Assembly (NCBI RefSeq): GCF_009914755.1 | Contig: NC_060931.1 | Reading direction: 5' to 3' (one strand) | Length of the DNA: 64,000 nt | DNA from: the human T2T-CHM13v2.0 reference genome, Homo sapiens | Shown here: one piece after another, positions 1-15,075 of the stretch | Numbering within the stretch: position 1 is the stretch's first letter | Layout of the letters: each line of letters begins with the position of its first letter | Made by a program: the position numbers and the translations under genes | Notes under the pieces: model-generated | Told to the model about the DNA's origin: nothing | Databases searched by the model: none | What the model saw: the letters and a program-made list of their open reading frames with translations, nothing else

Positions 1-80
1 AATGGGCCCAATAAAATTGTGACATAGGTTGCTGTGAGGACTCGAGGAGACAATGGATGGCACACATCTAGCACAATTCC
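1..80 (+). mobile_element. MIR SINE 3' fragment
   Basis: ataggttgctgtgagga...gagacaatg...ctagcacaattcc resembles the MIR core 3' part. Confidence 0.55.
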
Positions 81-519
81 TTCCTGTTGAAGGAAGCACC
101 TCAACACATATTCCCCCTTTTTTCATGCTCAACCTTAAGCATTACTTTTCATTCTGTATTCTTCCCCGTAAAGTTCAAAGCCTCCCTCTTAGACTATACT
201 CATAACCTGCCAGTCAGACCGTAAGTGAAGGGGGTAGAGATGGACTAAAATTTGAAAGTAAATAAATTTTTTAAAATGTGCCTAAGAATTCATCACTTAT
301 GGATTTGTCTTAAAAAATAATAATTGGGGAACAAGGAGACATACACAAGAATAGTAAGTTATAAGTACATACGTATAAATATATACTTAGGTAGCAACAT
401 TATGTTAATAGTTGATATTTCTATTTATTTAGTCAGATACTACACCAAAGGCCATACATGCATTTTCTCATTTAATTCAACCATTTTTTTTAAAGGCACC
501 AAAACATCATACAAACAAT

Positions 520-1700
<1,181 letters not shown>

Positions 1701-2283
1701 CTGAGCTCTGTTCAATTATTATAAACTCTGCAGTTAGACCTGCTATGTGAAAGACACCAAGGGTCACAAATAATAGGCAGTTATGGCCTCAAAAGGAATT
1801 TATAATTTAGTTGTGGGACAAGATATTCAAATAAAACTATAGTCAATAACACAAGCTGTCTATGATGAGTGTCAACACTTGGCACAAAAAATAGGTGATT
1901 TCACTTTGGCTATCAGGAAACAGAGCAAGCAGCACAAGTGAATGCTGAATCACGGTGACCAGATTCGCTTAGGCGACTCCTGGAAATGCGGAATATTAGG
2001 CATGGAATAGTCCTGAGACCCACCTAATCCAATCCCTCCATTTAATATAAAAACACGCATTTTCAGAGGTGACTGCCCCCACACCCAGCAGCGGCACCAG
2101 CCCCCGCCAGGTGCTCTCCTAAGTGCCCTCAAGGTGGGTGCCTGAGTCCATCTCCTCCCCAGGCTCTTTCTGCTGCAGCCCTAGCACTGGGAGAGGCTGC
2201 CATGTGAGCTGCCATGGAGATCCCAGCGACACCTGTACTAGAGCTCTGGCTGCTGGGTCTAGGGGCCCTGGCTGTCTGGCCCT

Positions 2284-2930
2284 GCTCCTGCTGTTCCTTT
2301 TCCTCCTGCTCCTCCTCCTCCTGCTCCTTCTCCTCCTGCTCCTTCTCCTCCTGCTACTCCTCCTTCTCTTTCTCCTCCTCCTGCTCCTCATCCTCCTGCT
2401 CCTCTTCCTTCTGCTCCTTGTCCTCTTCTTGCTCCTCTTCCTCCTCCTGCTCCTCCTCCTCCTGCTCCTCCTCCTTCTGCTCCTCTTCCTCCTCCTGCTC
2501 CTCCTCCTCTTTCTCCTCCTCCTCCTGCTCCTTCTCCTTCTCTTTCTCCTCCTCCTGCTCCTCGTCCTCCTGCTCCTCTTCCTTCTGCTCCTCCTCCTCC
2601 AACTCTTCTTCCTCCTCCTGACCCTTGTTCTCCTGCTTCTCCTCCTTCTGCTCCTCTTCCTCCTCCTGCTCCTCCTCCTTCTCTTTCTCTTCCTCCTCCT
2701 GCTCCTCCTCCTCTTTCTCCTCCTCCTTTTGCTCCTGCTTATCCTCCTCCTCCTGCTACTCCTCCTGCCCCTCCTGTTCTTCCTCCTCCTCCTCCTTTTG
2801 CTCCTCCTGTTCATCCTCCTGCTTCTCCTGCTCCTGCTCCTCCTGCTTCTCCTCCAGCAGCTCCTCCTCCTCCTGTCCTCGCTTTTTCTTCATCTTTGTC
2901 TTCTTTTCGTCTTCCCTCTCTTTTTCTTTT
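2284..2930. repeat. CT-rich cryptic triplet repeat (CTC/CTG/TTC mosaic), polypyrimidine on +
   Basis: Direct inspection; yields poly-Leu/Ser frames on + and poly-Glu/Arg frames on -. Confidence 0.95.
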
Positions 2931-3545
2931 GAAATCACTATGGACCACAATAAGTTGTCACAGTAGTGCAGAGGTCCCGAGTACCTATCATCCAGTTTCC
3001 CCCAATGATGACTTCTTACATCATGAAGCAAGGACATTGATTGGCTCCAGATCATCAACTGGATTACAGCTCTTACTCTTATTTCACCAGTGTTCACATC
3101 CGCTCATTTTTGTATATTTTTGTATCTAATTCCATGATGTTTTATCACATATATAGATTCGTATAATTACCACCACATCAAGTTCCAGAGCTATGCTGTC
3201 ACTATGGGGGAAAGCACCTTGTATTCCTCCTTGTAGTCACATGCTCCTCCTCTTTTCTATGCACTAGCAACCACTCCCCTGCACTCCATCTCTACAGCAA
3301 TGCCATTTTGAAAATGCTATATCAGTGGAATCATGCAGTGTGTAATCTTTTGAGATGGGCTTTTCTTCACTTAGCATAATTCCCTTGAGCTCCATCCAAG
3401 TTGTTGCATGTATCAACAGTTCGTTCCTTTTTTGTTGCTGGGTAGTATTCCATGGTATGGATGCACCACACTTTGTGTTACCATTCACCAGTTGAAATTT
3501 GGGTTGTTTTCAGGTTTTAGATATTTATGTATATAAAGCTGCATG
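2925..3545 (-). mobile_element. L1MC-family 3' end
   Basis: atccagtttcccccaatg, tttttcttcacttagcataattcccttgag and gtagtattccatggtatggatg match the antisense L1MC 3' UTR; the ORF2 C-terminal-like peptide ELLIHATTWMELKGIMLSE appears at 3264-3488 (-). Confidence 0.85.
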
Positions 3546-3934
3546 AGTCATATAACTGGCTGAATACATTTAAATGAATATCAGTCATGCAGATCTTTTA
3601 GAAATGAGCTCTCTGAATCTTAGTTAATAGAACAATATACATATTTCAAGGAGAGGTCTTTCCTACCTACCTACTTCAGAGGTTTCTTAAAGGGGTGTCT
3701 GCAAAACTGACCATCTCCAGTTCACCCCTCTGATATCTTCCTATGATTTCCAGACTTATATTTAGGAAGACCAAGGCTGGTCCTTTTCTGTTAGAAGTCA
3801 CCTGTCTGAAAAAATTCTAGCTACCAAAATTGGTCATCGGCTAAGTTCATTTTCACCTTGGAGCCATTGTAAATCTTCACCTTGTCCTATTGCCTTCGAA
3901 CCACTCTCTGACATTATGATCCTCATTGATTTGT

Positions 3935-4075
3935 TCCCTTGTTTGTTGACTGCCCCATGAGAGCTTCATAAGAGGTAGACTTTGCCTTGTTCTCTGCTAT
4001 TCCCTAGTTTACAATTGAAGGGCCAGACACGGGACAGGTGTATAATAATGTTTGTGAATAAATGTGTTAGTGAAT
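3935..4075 (+). mobile_element. L2 3' end
   Basis: gagcttcataagaggtagactttgccttgttctctgcta...aataatgtttgtgaataaatg. Confidence 0.7.
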
Positions 4076-4179
4076 TCTATCTTCAATACAGAAAAGAGAT
4101 TTGTAAAAGCTCTCCCCAAAAGACTGGATTTAAGTAAATATAAATAGAGCTTGCCAAATAAATAGAGTGAAGGGAAACC

Positions 4180-4390
4180 ATTCCAGGGCTTGGACTTAGA
4201 AAGCCTGAGTCAGAACTTCAGCTCTGCCTCTTACTGTCTTGGTATCTGTAGGAACTGATCTAATTTCTTTGCCAAAGTCATCTCATTTGCAACATCACCT
4301 TCTTCACAAGATAACTGTGATGCTCAAGTAAGTCAGTTTGTGTGAATGTACTTTGTAAGACACTAAAGTGCTGTATAAATCTAAGGGATT
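4180..4390 (+). mobile_element. MIR-family SINE
   Basis: cagctctgcctcttactg...ctcatttgcaa...taaagtgctgtataaat. Confidence 0.6.
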
Positions 4391-5358
4391 CTTATCGCCA
4401 TGGTTATCACCTCCTCCTTCTCTCTCCTGCTTCCCTCCTTCTCCTTCATCATCATTTTCACCATCATCATGACCATCTGCACCCTTGGAAGGATAAAAAG
4501 CATCCAGGCAACTGCAAATATGAAATCTTGGCATTCTTATGACATTCCAGCCAGTAGAGGGCAACAGTTCCTACCTGCTAAGTACAATGTCTTTAAACAT
4601 CAAGTTGAAATATGCATGGCAACTTATGATCATTTATATGTCTTTATTTTTAAAGGAAACACGCTCATCCACCCTAATCATTCTTCCATTCAGCAATTCC
4701 TTCCCAGTATTCTTGTTCAGTACATTGCCTTAGCACAAACCTCTTAGAAATGTCTGGCTGCTGTGAAAGAAAGTGATTTTATTTACTTATTATTTCAATG
4801 GGATTTGCATTCTTGTCCTCCCTTCCTGGTTGCCTGGGTGAGATGCAGTGCAAAATTTGGCTCAGGAGTGATGATACAAGCATGCTTCTCTTTTCTTGAC
4901 ACTGGCATTAGAAGATAGTGTAATTGCTTGTGTTTGATTAGGTTCTCTGAGAATTCTGTCACTCTTTGAGGTGATTCCTATATTCCCTCCTTGCTAGACT
5001 GTCGCTGTGTGTATTTCACCCTAGGACTGGTGGAGAGAGTTGTTAAGCTGACCTCTGGAGTCTATCTGGTACAGTCTGACTTCCCCACAGTGTGTATCAG
5101 CAGGCAGGTCATTGGTGTAGGGACAGACAGACTGGGAAGTTGCTGAGGGACTTTACTCCAGAAAGTAAGGGCAGCTGGGTTTTTTTCTTTTCTGTCTCTG
5201 GTTCTTGAATCAGGATGGATTTTTGATATACTGCTTAACCCTGCTGCCAGGGGACCCACCAGGGTAAAGCAGCACCCACACCTCAGGATAAGCAGAAAGA
5301 AAGAGATACACAAGGTAGCCCAGTTTTTTCCATTTAACAAAAGCCAGCTGGGGAATAA

Positions 5359-6120
<762 letters not shown>

Positions 6121-7847
6121 CATGTTTTGGGGTGAATTTTTATCTTGTTTTACTCCCTAAACAATCTTGGATCATATCTATAGGAATGCTGACTGGGAGG
6201 GATACAGTAAATTCTGATTATCATTCCCCATCCAAGTCTCACCCAGTTTCACCTGGTGTACGTTGTGATTAGGTTTGGCAGTAGCGAGTTCGTGACCACG
6301 TTGTGACGTGCTGGCATATACTTCCTGAGAGTTAAGGATGGGAAGCCAGATCTTTACTTTAGGGCACCTTTGGGAAAATGCCAGCTTGGCCAAGCCGAGA
6401 AATAACAAACTTTTTTTTTTTTTTTAAGTAGAGACCATACTCACTTCTCCCCAGGACAGGGCATGCCTCTTAATATTTTGCCATGATGGCTTTGGGGCCA
6501 CTAAGAAAAAGTGCTGATGTAGGGAGAGGACACTGCAAGCTTCAGATCGAAGGGGCCCTGCCCCAGGGAAAAAACCTCAACTTTTCCACTGAAGCTCTAT
6601 GTGACTGTAGGTCATTTATCTTGACTTCTCTGGAGCCATAATGTCCTGTATACTGATTTGGTCCTTTTGCAAAGCATCGCCTTCTCAGTGGTGATTCCCA
6701 GGATATCTCTAAGAAAGTTTTAAAGGCAAAGGCCTTCTTGCACCTTGCATCCTCTGTAACTCTGAGCCTGCTCTGCGGAGTAGTGGGTATTGGGCTGCTA
6801 CTCCTTGGTGGGGAAAGCAAACAGGCTGACACATCAGCAGAGTGACCAAAGCTGCATACCCTCCAAGATGTGATCCAGCCTGGAGCAGAGCCTGGCCCCA
6901 GGGACTGCACAGCCCACACTCCTAGGCTTGGAACATTTCAGACTCATGCTGACTTGGCTCTGGAGCTGGCTGTAGCCAGCTGGGACACTGAACCATTTGC
7001 TTGTTCTGTTGACAGCCCAGAAGAACTGGAGCCCTTTGCCTGTGGGTGAAGTCTAAATTTAGCCCCAAAGAAGTTGCCTTCCCATTTTGCTGGAGAAAAG
7101 CTCTTTTCACGGGAATGGGCCTCTGCTTTGATTAAGTGGGAGGACCCACATCTGGGAATACATAAACTTTATTGTCCTTGGATGACAAAACGGTTTCCTT
7201 GCCTACTGGTTTTCCGCCTTTTTAGCCTGGGGTGTGATCATCTGTGCTTATGACTGTGTTGGCCGGGGCAAGTCATTTGGCTGTGGCCAGGGCTCCCGAT
7301 CCTGAGCCTAAGCTGGAGTCAACACCTGGGGATGTTGTCTTGTCCCCACTTCACCTCCTGAGGCCCAGCTCTGTAAGTGCAGATGTGACAGAGAGCAGGA
7401 GTCTGGGTCTCTGTGAATGATCCTGGGAGAACATGAGGCCCAGGTTTGTACCCCTTTGGACCAGATCCTGGTATGGCAGGAGGCCTGAAACATCCCAGGG
7501 CTTTTCCGTAAGGCTTCAGGGTCCAAGGTCCCAGTGCACACCCTGAGCCCATGCTAGAGTGAACACAAGAGTTCCATCTTGAAAAGACACCAGCCCTAAG
7601 GGGTTCATTGGGAAAGGCTTCTAGAACCCCTCCTGGCCCAGAATAGGCCCCTTCAGTGATTCCTCGCCCTAGAACCCCCCTGCCATTTTCATCTTGTTTG
7701 AATACTTTGGGGAGTTGTTGAGTGAATATTCTCTTAAAAGTCAGTTCTCCTAGGGCACGTTCAGATCCCTTTGGATCAATGTTTCCTTTGTTGTTCAATG
7801 ATGCAGGATCTGGTTACCTTGTCCATGTAAGAACTTCTGAAATGTAA

Positions 7848-8062
7848 GGCAAAGAGCACTGGACCTGGATTCAGAACAACTGGGTTGCTGGGTGGTCTGG
7901 CTTTATTGCTTATTAGTGGTATGACATTGGGCAAGGTACCTTCTCCAAGCATCTGTTTCCTTGTCTGGAAAATGGCAGTAATAAGACCATATTCACAGCT
8001 TTGCTGTCAGCAACAAGTGAGAAGATGTTACACATTTTCAAATGCTCTTTGTAAAAGTAGAT
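7848..8062 (+). mobile_element. MIR
   Basis: aagagcactggacctgg...ttgggcaagg...ctgtttccttgtctggaaaatgg. Confidence 0.75.
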
Positions 8063-9353
8063 TGCATTCTCTACTAAGTAATCTTGGCTGGTAGCAAATG
8101 TTTGCTTGGATTTAACTAGTTCCTTCCACCGCATGGAAATCTCTTTTCTCTCAAAGAGTACCCTAAAGGACACTGGGCGCTTATTAGATCAAGGGAACTC
8201 CTGCTTTGTTTGGACCTTCTGTTTCCACTTTTGTTTTCTCTCTTGAATCTCACTTTGTTTTCCGAAGAATGATGGTGAGGCGGATCAAGATGTCATAACC
8301 TTTTGGATTGGTTCAGCAGATGTTTTGCTCAATATCCATAAGCAGATTCTATCTGGCCTATCTTTATAGTTCAGTTTCTTGATCTGTAGAATGGATACCA
8401 CACCCATAAGCAGGTCTTGAGAAATGATGTAGTGGGAACTCAGAAAGGCAAACTGTAATCATTTCAATGCTGTGGTCATTATACAAGTCTAGCATATTTT
8501 CTGATCAGAACCTAGCATTTGGCCATGTTTCCATGCTCTTCTGCACAACACTCAACAGTAAATATGCAGTATCAAGTTTTCCCATTTAATAAGAATTCAT
8601 GGGATAGAAAGCAATTAGGCTAGGTCTAAAAGAAATTAGGCTCTGGCCAAGGAAGAATTGGAGGGATACCCTCTTGCTGTAATTTTCCAGGATGCCCTGG
8701 ACATCCCCAGAAGTCATTAGTATGGAAAGATCTCAGGAACATTTTATAAGCTAGTAAAACATGCTTGAGGGGTGATAGATTCTTTAGAATTTATCTGCAT
8801 GGCTGACGTCACCCTCTCAGCACAGGGAGCCAAACTGTCTCGATGTCTGTGGCCCGTTTCTGAAATTATTTCCCAGTAGTTAATCCCAAGTGACCCTTAA
8901 GCCCACTTCCCTGTCAGAAATTGTTGGTTTGCAATGAGAAGTGGCCCTTTCTGGGCCAATGAGGCTCCTCCTTCCAGCTGAAATAGAAGGGAAATTGATG
9001 GCTTCTCTGGCTGAGGACTTCTCCCCTGCAGACCCATGTCTGGACTGCCCAAGCTTCCTAGTTTAAGTCTCTTTGTCTCAGCTAGTTGTAGTGACTGCCA
9101 CCCTCACTAGCTGTACCCCTGCACAGGGGGCTGGCATGATTTTTGGCTCCCTGCTTACAGGACTGGAATGTGGTTTCCTTCAGCAGTAGACAGGGAAGCA
9201 GCTTGATGTCTCTAGAAGCTTGTTTAGTCTCCAGCTTTGTGGTAGTTGACGATGTCACATCATCTTTTCTAAGTTTTAGTTACTGCAAAATGGTGTTTAT
9301 TTTTATTTGGGGATTTGGAGGGAAAAGAGAGGGCAAGGAAGAGGGAAACCAAT

Positions 9354-9500
9354 GAATATTTACTGAGCACTTACTATACACCAGGCACTGTGCTTAAACA
9401 TTTTAATGTACATGATCACTTAGTTCTTAAAACAACTCTCTAAGCTAGGACATTACAAATCTCATGTTATGGATCTGGAAACTAAGGTTTGGAGAGAGAA
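9354..9500 (-). mobile_element. MIR
   Basis: atttactgagcacttacta...ccaggcactgtgct...ggaaactaagg. Confidence 0.75.
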
Positions 9501-9523
9501 AAATAAAATGAAGAGTTATGCCA

Positions 9524-9871
9524 TGCAATAGACTGAATGTGTATGTCCCTACAAAATGCATATGTTGAAACCCTAACCCCAAAACTGATAGTATTAGGAG
9601 GTGCAGTCTTTGGGAGGTGATTAGGTCATGAGGAAGAAGCCTTCATGATTGGGCTTTATAAAGGGAACGATCTTACCCCTTCTACGGTGGGAGGACAAAG
9701 CAGACAGGTGCCTTCTATGAATCAGAAAAGAGGCCCTTATCAGACATGGAACTGGCCAGTGCTTTGGCCTTGAACTTCCCAGCTTCCAGAACTATGAGAA
9801 ATAAGTTTCTGTTGTTTATAAGCCACCCAGCTTATGGTATGTTGTTACAGCAGCCTGAATGAGCTAAGGCA
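9524..9871 (+). mobile_element. MaLR solo LTR (MLT1A0-like)
   Basis: TG...CA ends; aaatgcatatgttgaaaccctaacccc, ggaggtgattaggtcatgag, ttcccagcttccagaactatgagaaataa. Confidence 0.88.
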
Positions 9872-10249
9872 TATGGCTTTGCTTGGATAGGGGGTTGGCT
9901 TCTCAATAGAGGTGGTGTCATGTTGTGCTGGGAAGATCGGGACAATGATTCCAATGGCACAGTACCAGGGACCCACTGAGATCCTACTTGACAGGTCCAG
10001 TCCTATCAAGAGGCCAACGTGAGGCAACCTAAAAGCATGATGGGGTTTTCTAGGCAAACCACTCTCCCACTTAACCCCGTTGCCCCAAACATTGCCATTC
10101 CTCGCCTCTGTGACAGGGTGACTCTTCAGAGACCAGCGGCTGTCAGAAGCCGCTATAGATCCCCGGTGCTGGGAGCCAGCAGTGTTCCCAGATCTTTATG
10201 TTGTCCAGACCAGCCTCAGCAACCGGGCCCCGCTCTCCAGCTGCCCAAG

Positions 10250-10870
10250 CCCTGGGGGTGACTCATCTGGCTCCTGACACTGTGCATCAGCATGCCCTTC
10301 TGCCTGCTGCTGCCCCAGTGTGACCACAGCTGCCTCAGGGGATGGCGGAGGCTGGCTCCTGACCCAGGCTGCTGGCAGGGAGTGTCCTGGAGGCTGCGCG
10401 CTCAGCCGGCACGTCCCCCTCATTCCGCCAGCCCTGCCCACCTTCCTCGCCTGCAGCTCAATCCCCATGACTAAGGGTGTGGAAGAGGATTCCTTTTTCC
10501 ACAAGCCCATGACTGAGCTGGGACAGGAGGGATCTGCAGTCCCCCTTCACTCAGAGACAGCAAAGATTTTTATCCCCCAGAGACAAGAATCCCCTGGCTG
10601 TGAAGTGGTAAGCCTGGGGAGCGGCTGCCGCCACCTGTCCTCAGGGAAGGTCTGCCACTCTCCGACCTGCTGTTGACCTGAACTCCAGGGACAGCCACTC
10701 CCCTGCCATTTGCTCCTGCAGAGAGTGGGACGGATGACGTCATGGCATTTTTGGAGTGCTGAAGTGAAGTTTTGACAAATTCCAAGGGACATCAAAGTGC
10801 TGAACAACAGCCAATACATCATAGCCTGTCACCAGGGCCCCCACCCCTGATTATCACATTAAATCAGCCG
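10250..10870. promoter_or_regulatory. Candidate enhancer/promoter motif cluster
   Basis: AP-1 TGACTCA 10259-10265; full CRE ATGACGTCAT 10734-10743; TCF/LEF ACATCAAAG 10789-10797; AGCCAAT 10809-10815; CCACCC 10841-10846; GATA (TTATCA) 10851-10856; repeat-free. Confidence 0.5.
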
Positions 10871-10993
10871 GTGGGCACATTTCAGCTGAAACTCAACAGA
10901 CGCCTACTGGAACTCACAGTTTCTCCTTCCAGAGTTCAACAAATATGGCAATGGTTACATTTTAAAATCTGTGTTTTCTATTCTACATTCAGT

Positions 10994-10995
<2 letters not shown>

Positions 10996-11044
<49 letters not shown>
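10996..11044. repeat. (CA)n microsatellite, about 24 units
   Basis: Direct inspection. Confidence 0.98.
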
Positions 11045-11045
<1 letters not shown>

Positions 11046-11109
11046 ATGTTACTAACTAAAAAACAGAAGCATGCTGCTAGAGAATACCTGATAACTGGGA
11101 TTATGACAT

Positions 11110-11262
11110 GCAGTAGAATAGAATGCTGATTTGGATTCTAATCCTAGCTCTGCCACTTAATAGCTCGATATCTTTAGCAAGTTAGTTAACACCTCTGAGC
11201 CTCAATTTTCTGAGGGTAAAATAAGCACAATAACGTTTCTATTTCCAAAATTGTGAGCATTG
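11110..11262 (+). mobile_element. MIR
   Basis: ttctaatcctagctctgccacttaatagct...ctctgagcctcaatttt. Confidence 0.8.
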
Positions 11263-12309
11263 GTTGGGAGAGCAGTTCAACCTTAGTTCTTGCCTGGTAA
11301 CTGTGGACAATGTTTTCTAGTCATAAAGTTTTGTATTTATTTCTTGATGTGTTTATTGTATGTTCCTTTTTGAACATAAGAAAGATAAGACATTATTTTC
11401 TCCTCCAGGTTTGCCGAGAAGTGCTTGTGGGTGAGCTGAGGGTAGGGCATCTGTGGCTCAGTTTTCAGGCTATGGAGGAAATATCTGCTGGGCTGCTATT
11501 TCCCTGCATAAGTTCTCATTGCGGGAGGGAGCAGAAGGTAATTTCAGAAAGAGCTTGTGCTGATCTTTCGAACTGTTTCTCCCAAATTCTGGAGTATCCA
11601 AAGAAAGCAGGGTTATCTGCCAGAATGTATCAGAAAGATAGCAGGCATGTGAATTCTACATTAACTATAGGGCATAAGAAATTTCATGTTTCTTTTATTA
11701 CTTTAAGCTAAATTTGATATGCCACTGTAGCCATCCCGCCAGGATGGTAGGAAATTCAGTTGCAGACTTTCCTGAAATGCCCCTTCCTCTCAGTTCCTGT
11801 GGCCACTCGCCCAGATCGTTTGGATAGAGTCCTCTGGTCTTCGGTCCACAGGGGTGACTACTGATGTGCTCATCTGCTAAGTCCTCATGCTCCTGGGAGG
11901 CTGGTGGCTCCACCATTCCTTGGCAGAGCTTTGCCATTGCTATGATTTCTCCCTGAGGCCCTGTCACCTCCCGAGGGTTGCCAGAGAAGGAGAGCCTCCA
12001 CACCTGGGATCACAGCTCCCTTCCCTTCCAGTCCCGGGGAGACACTAGAATCCTTTGAAGGTTCCCTTTTCTATCAGGACTGTCTCCTTCTCCACCTTTT
12101 GGAGAAGATGAAGGGTAATCTCCCTTGAGAGAGCCTGTGGAGACACAATGATGGCCTCTGTTCTTTAGGAATGGGGAAAAGATAAGTTATCTAGGTTAAC
12201 TGGGATTAACTAATTCTGTTACTGAGCTGGGTGACAAGATGGGATTGGGGAATTTGTTTGGGGACTCAGTGAGGACATGCAGGAGACAGATTCAAAGAAT
12301 CACATGTGA

Positions 12310-12679
<370 letters not shown>

Positions 12680-12819
12680 AATTCTTCTATCTTTAAAAGG
12701 TAACCCAGGTTGGGAGGGAAGGCTGGGAGCACAGCAGAAGACAGAACTGCTTTGTTGAGCCCCAGAACCGGCAGCGGATACTCCCTGCCAATCACATGGC
12801 ACTCACCTCTTTGTGTAAA

Positions 12820-13035
12820 TTTAGAAGGTGCTTGCCCAGGAACAATCTGGCTTGACTGTCACAGCCATCCTGCAAGGTAAGTGGGGCAGTCGTTAACCCC
12901 ATTTTCCAGATAAGGAAGCTGAGGCTCACATTGATTAAAAGACTTGCCCAAAGTAACCAAGCTGTTGAGGGGCAAAGCAGCAGGACACAGCATCCAGGTC
13001 TCTTGACTTTTGCTTCAAGAGCCCACAGCCACACT
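12820..13035 (-). mobile_element. MIR
   Basis: ccccattttccagataaggaagctgaggctca...gacttgcccaaag. Confidence 0.8.
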
Positions 13036-13399
13036 CGGTGCTTAGATGAGGCTTTGGCTTATCAGTGATTTGTGATGTTTGCCTTTTGCCAAAGAGGGGG
13101 ATGGCTGAAGAGCTAGTGCCCTGACATTCTGGACTCTTGCCAGTAGATTTTGTCTGACTCTTGCTCTGATGCTATTCTTTGTTATTTTCAGGAAGGGGAG
13201 CTAGATGTAGAATACATTTCTTTTTCTTGGTAACGTGAACAGCAAGAAGCAAGTAGAGTACATTTCTTATGAGAGAATATGCTCGGGACTTTGATTCATA
13301 TCTGGTGGGTCCCAAAAGACCAGGGTACTGCAGATTTAAGACCATGTTGCAAATTCGGCATGCATTCAATAGGACTACCTTAGTGAGGGGAGTAATTTT

Positions 13400-13760
13400 A
13401 TAAAATTATCAATTCAGTCTCAAAGAATAATAGCAGGAAATGTATTTCTGACTATTTAGAAGTGACTCATTGTGGGACTGTTTGAAAACTATATTATTTT
13501 TATCAGTAAATAGAATTGCCTATAGTCAATGTTATCTCTTCACATCCAGGGATTCTAAGATCCGGTTACCCATTTCCCTCAAAACAGCAGATAGCAAAGC
13601 CAGGGAAATGAAAACCCACCAAACCTTCTGCAAGGCTGACACCACCCCTAAACCCCACTGCAAACTGATAACACCACACCCTCCTCTGCAAAATAACAGA
13701 GGGGCAGATAAGATGAAAATTTTCATTCCAATTAGCAATCATTTCCAGTCAGTGAAACGG
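13400..13760 (+). promoter_or_regulatory. GATA/KLF/AP-1 cluster, candidate (erythro-megakaryocytic-type) promoter or enhancer
   Basis: WGATAR sites at 13406, 13500, 13532, 13589, 13666 and 13706 (plus 13847); KLF CCACACCC 13674-13681 next to TGATAA; TGACTCA 13463-13469; repeat-free. Confidence 0.55.
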
Positions 13761-13976
13761 CAGAATCAGAAGAGGTTCCACAACCAGAAAATCTTGGCTG
13801 GAATTTCACCATCAGGAATAAAACAGAAAAACTAAAAGAGTGCCCCAGATAGCCTTTCTTAGGGGCCTGTGTCAGGTAAGTGCTTTTGAATATTTAAAAC
13901 AAAGGATGGCTAAGAGTTCTGCAGTCATTTTCCAGTTAAATATCAGATGGTATAAAATATTTTTATAGAAAGTACA

Positions 13977-14271
13977 GGCCAGGTGCGATGGCTCACACCT
14001 GTAATCCCCACACTTTGGGAGACCGAGGTGGGCAGATCACTTGAGGCCAGGTGTTCAAGACCAGTCTGGCTAACATGGCGAAACCCCGTCTCTACTGAAA
14101 ATACAAAAATTAGCCTGGCGTGGTGATGCACACCAATAATCCCAGCTAGGTCAGGAGGCTGAGGCATGAGAATCGCTTGAACCCGGGAGGTGGAGGTTGC
14201 AGTGAGATGAGATCGAACCACTGCACCTCCAGCCTGGGCGACATAGTGACACTGTATCTCAAAAAGAAAAA
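13977..14271 (+). mobile_element. AluSx/Sz-like, full length
   Basis: ggccaggtgcgatggctcacacctgtaatccc... dimer with A-rich tail. Confidence 0.93.
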
Positions 14272-14911
14272 GAATTCATAATCCACTTTTCATTAGCTGG
14301 TATTTGGCCTTACCAAGGTGAAGCATGAAAATGAAATTCTATCTGTATCAGCCAGATTCTCTCAGACACATGTATTCACTGCATGACGGACCCTGGTTTC
14401 CAAATTGTTAAGCATACCAGACTCTAGTGAATGCCCTTCCGAAAGGGCCATCATGCAGCAGGCCTTCCCATCGGAGAGCCATGGTCCCAGCCAAGGCAGC
14501 TTTCAGGGGTTGCTCCACCACTCTAGGGAGGCGGCCCAGATCTGTCTCTCCCAAACAGTGTCTGGGTTTGACACTTCCTGAGAAAGCAGAGATTGTTCCC
14601 TTTGTATGCCATGGCTCTGGAATGCAGCTCTTCCTGTAAGGAAGACAATGGTCTTTATGGGAAGGCTAGGACTTGAAGGAGGTAAGATTTGAACGGCAGA
14701 GCTGGGTGCTAGCTTTCCTGCTGAGGGAAATGGTGGGCACAGAACCCCCGCGGTGGGCAAGCTGGGGTGTGGGTGTGCCTGTGGGCTGGCAGGTGACTCT
14801 GCCCGGAGCATCGCAGGGGTGGGGAAGAGATCAAGGAGGTAAGAAAGGTAGTCTAGGGGGAGGGGCCCAGAGTTTTGAACACCAGACTTAGGAATCTGGG
14901 ACATACGTACT

Positions 14912-15075
14912 GGCCTTTGCCATTCAAAGTGTGGTCCTGGGACCAACAGCATCCTTGGACTTGAAAGCTTGTTAGACACGCAGAAGCCCGGGCTCACCCC
15001 AGGCCTGCTGAATCACAACCTGCATTTTAACAAGACCCCCAGGAAATTTCTATCCTCCTTCAAGCACTGCTCTAG
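14912..15075. mobile_element. MER5A-type hAT-Charlie DNA transposon
   Basis: tcaaagtgtggtcctgggacca...ctgaatcacaacctgcattttaacaagacccccagg. Confidence 0.8.

Noticed and set aside
2119-3097. Arg-rich (protamine/SR-like), Leu-rich and Glu-rich ORFs of 82-269 aa
   Set aside because: All frames are open because the low-complexity triplet repeat lacks stop codons. The Glu frame is broken by stops, and there is no supporting gene structure.
13470-13835. 121-aa ORF over the GATA cluster
   Set aside because: Starts at TTG, has no recognisable homology and overlaps putative promoter motifs; at most a short upstream ORF
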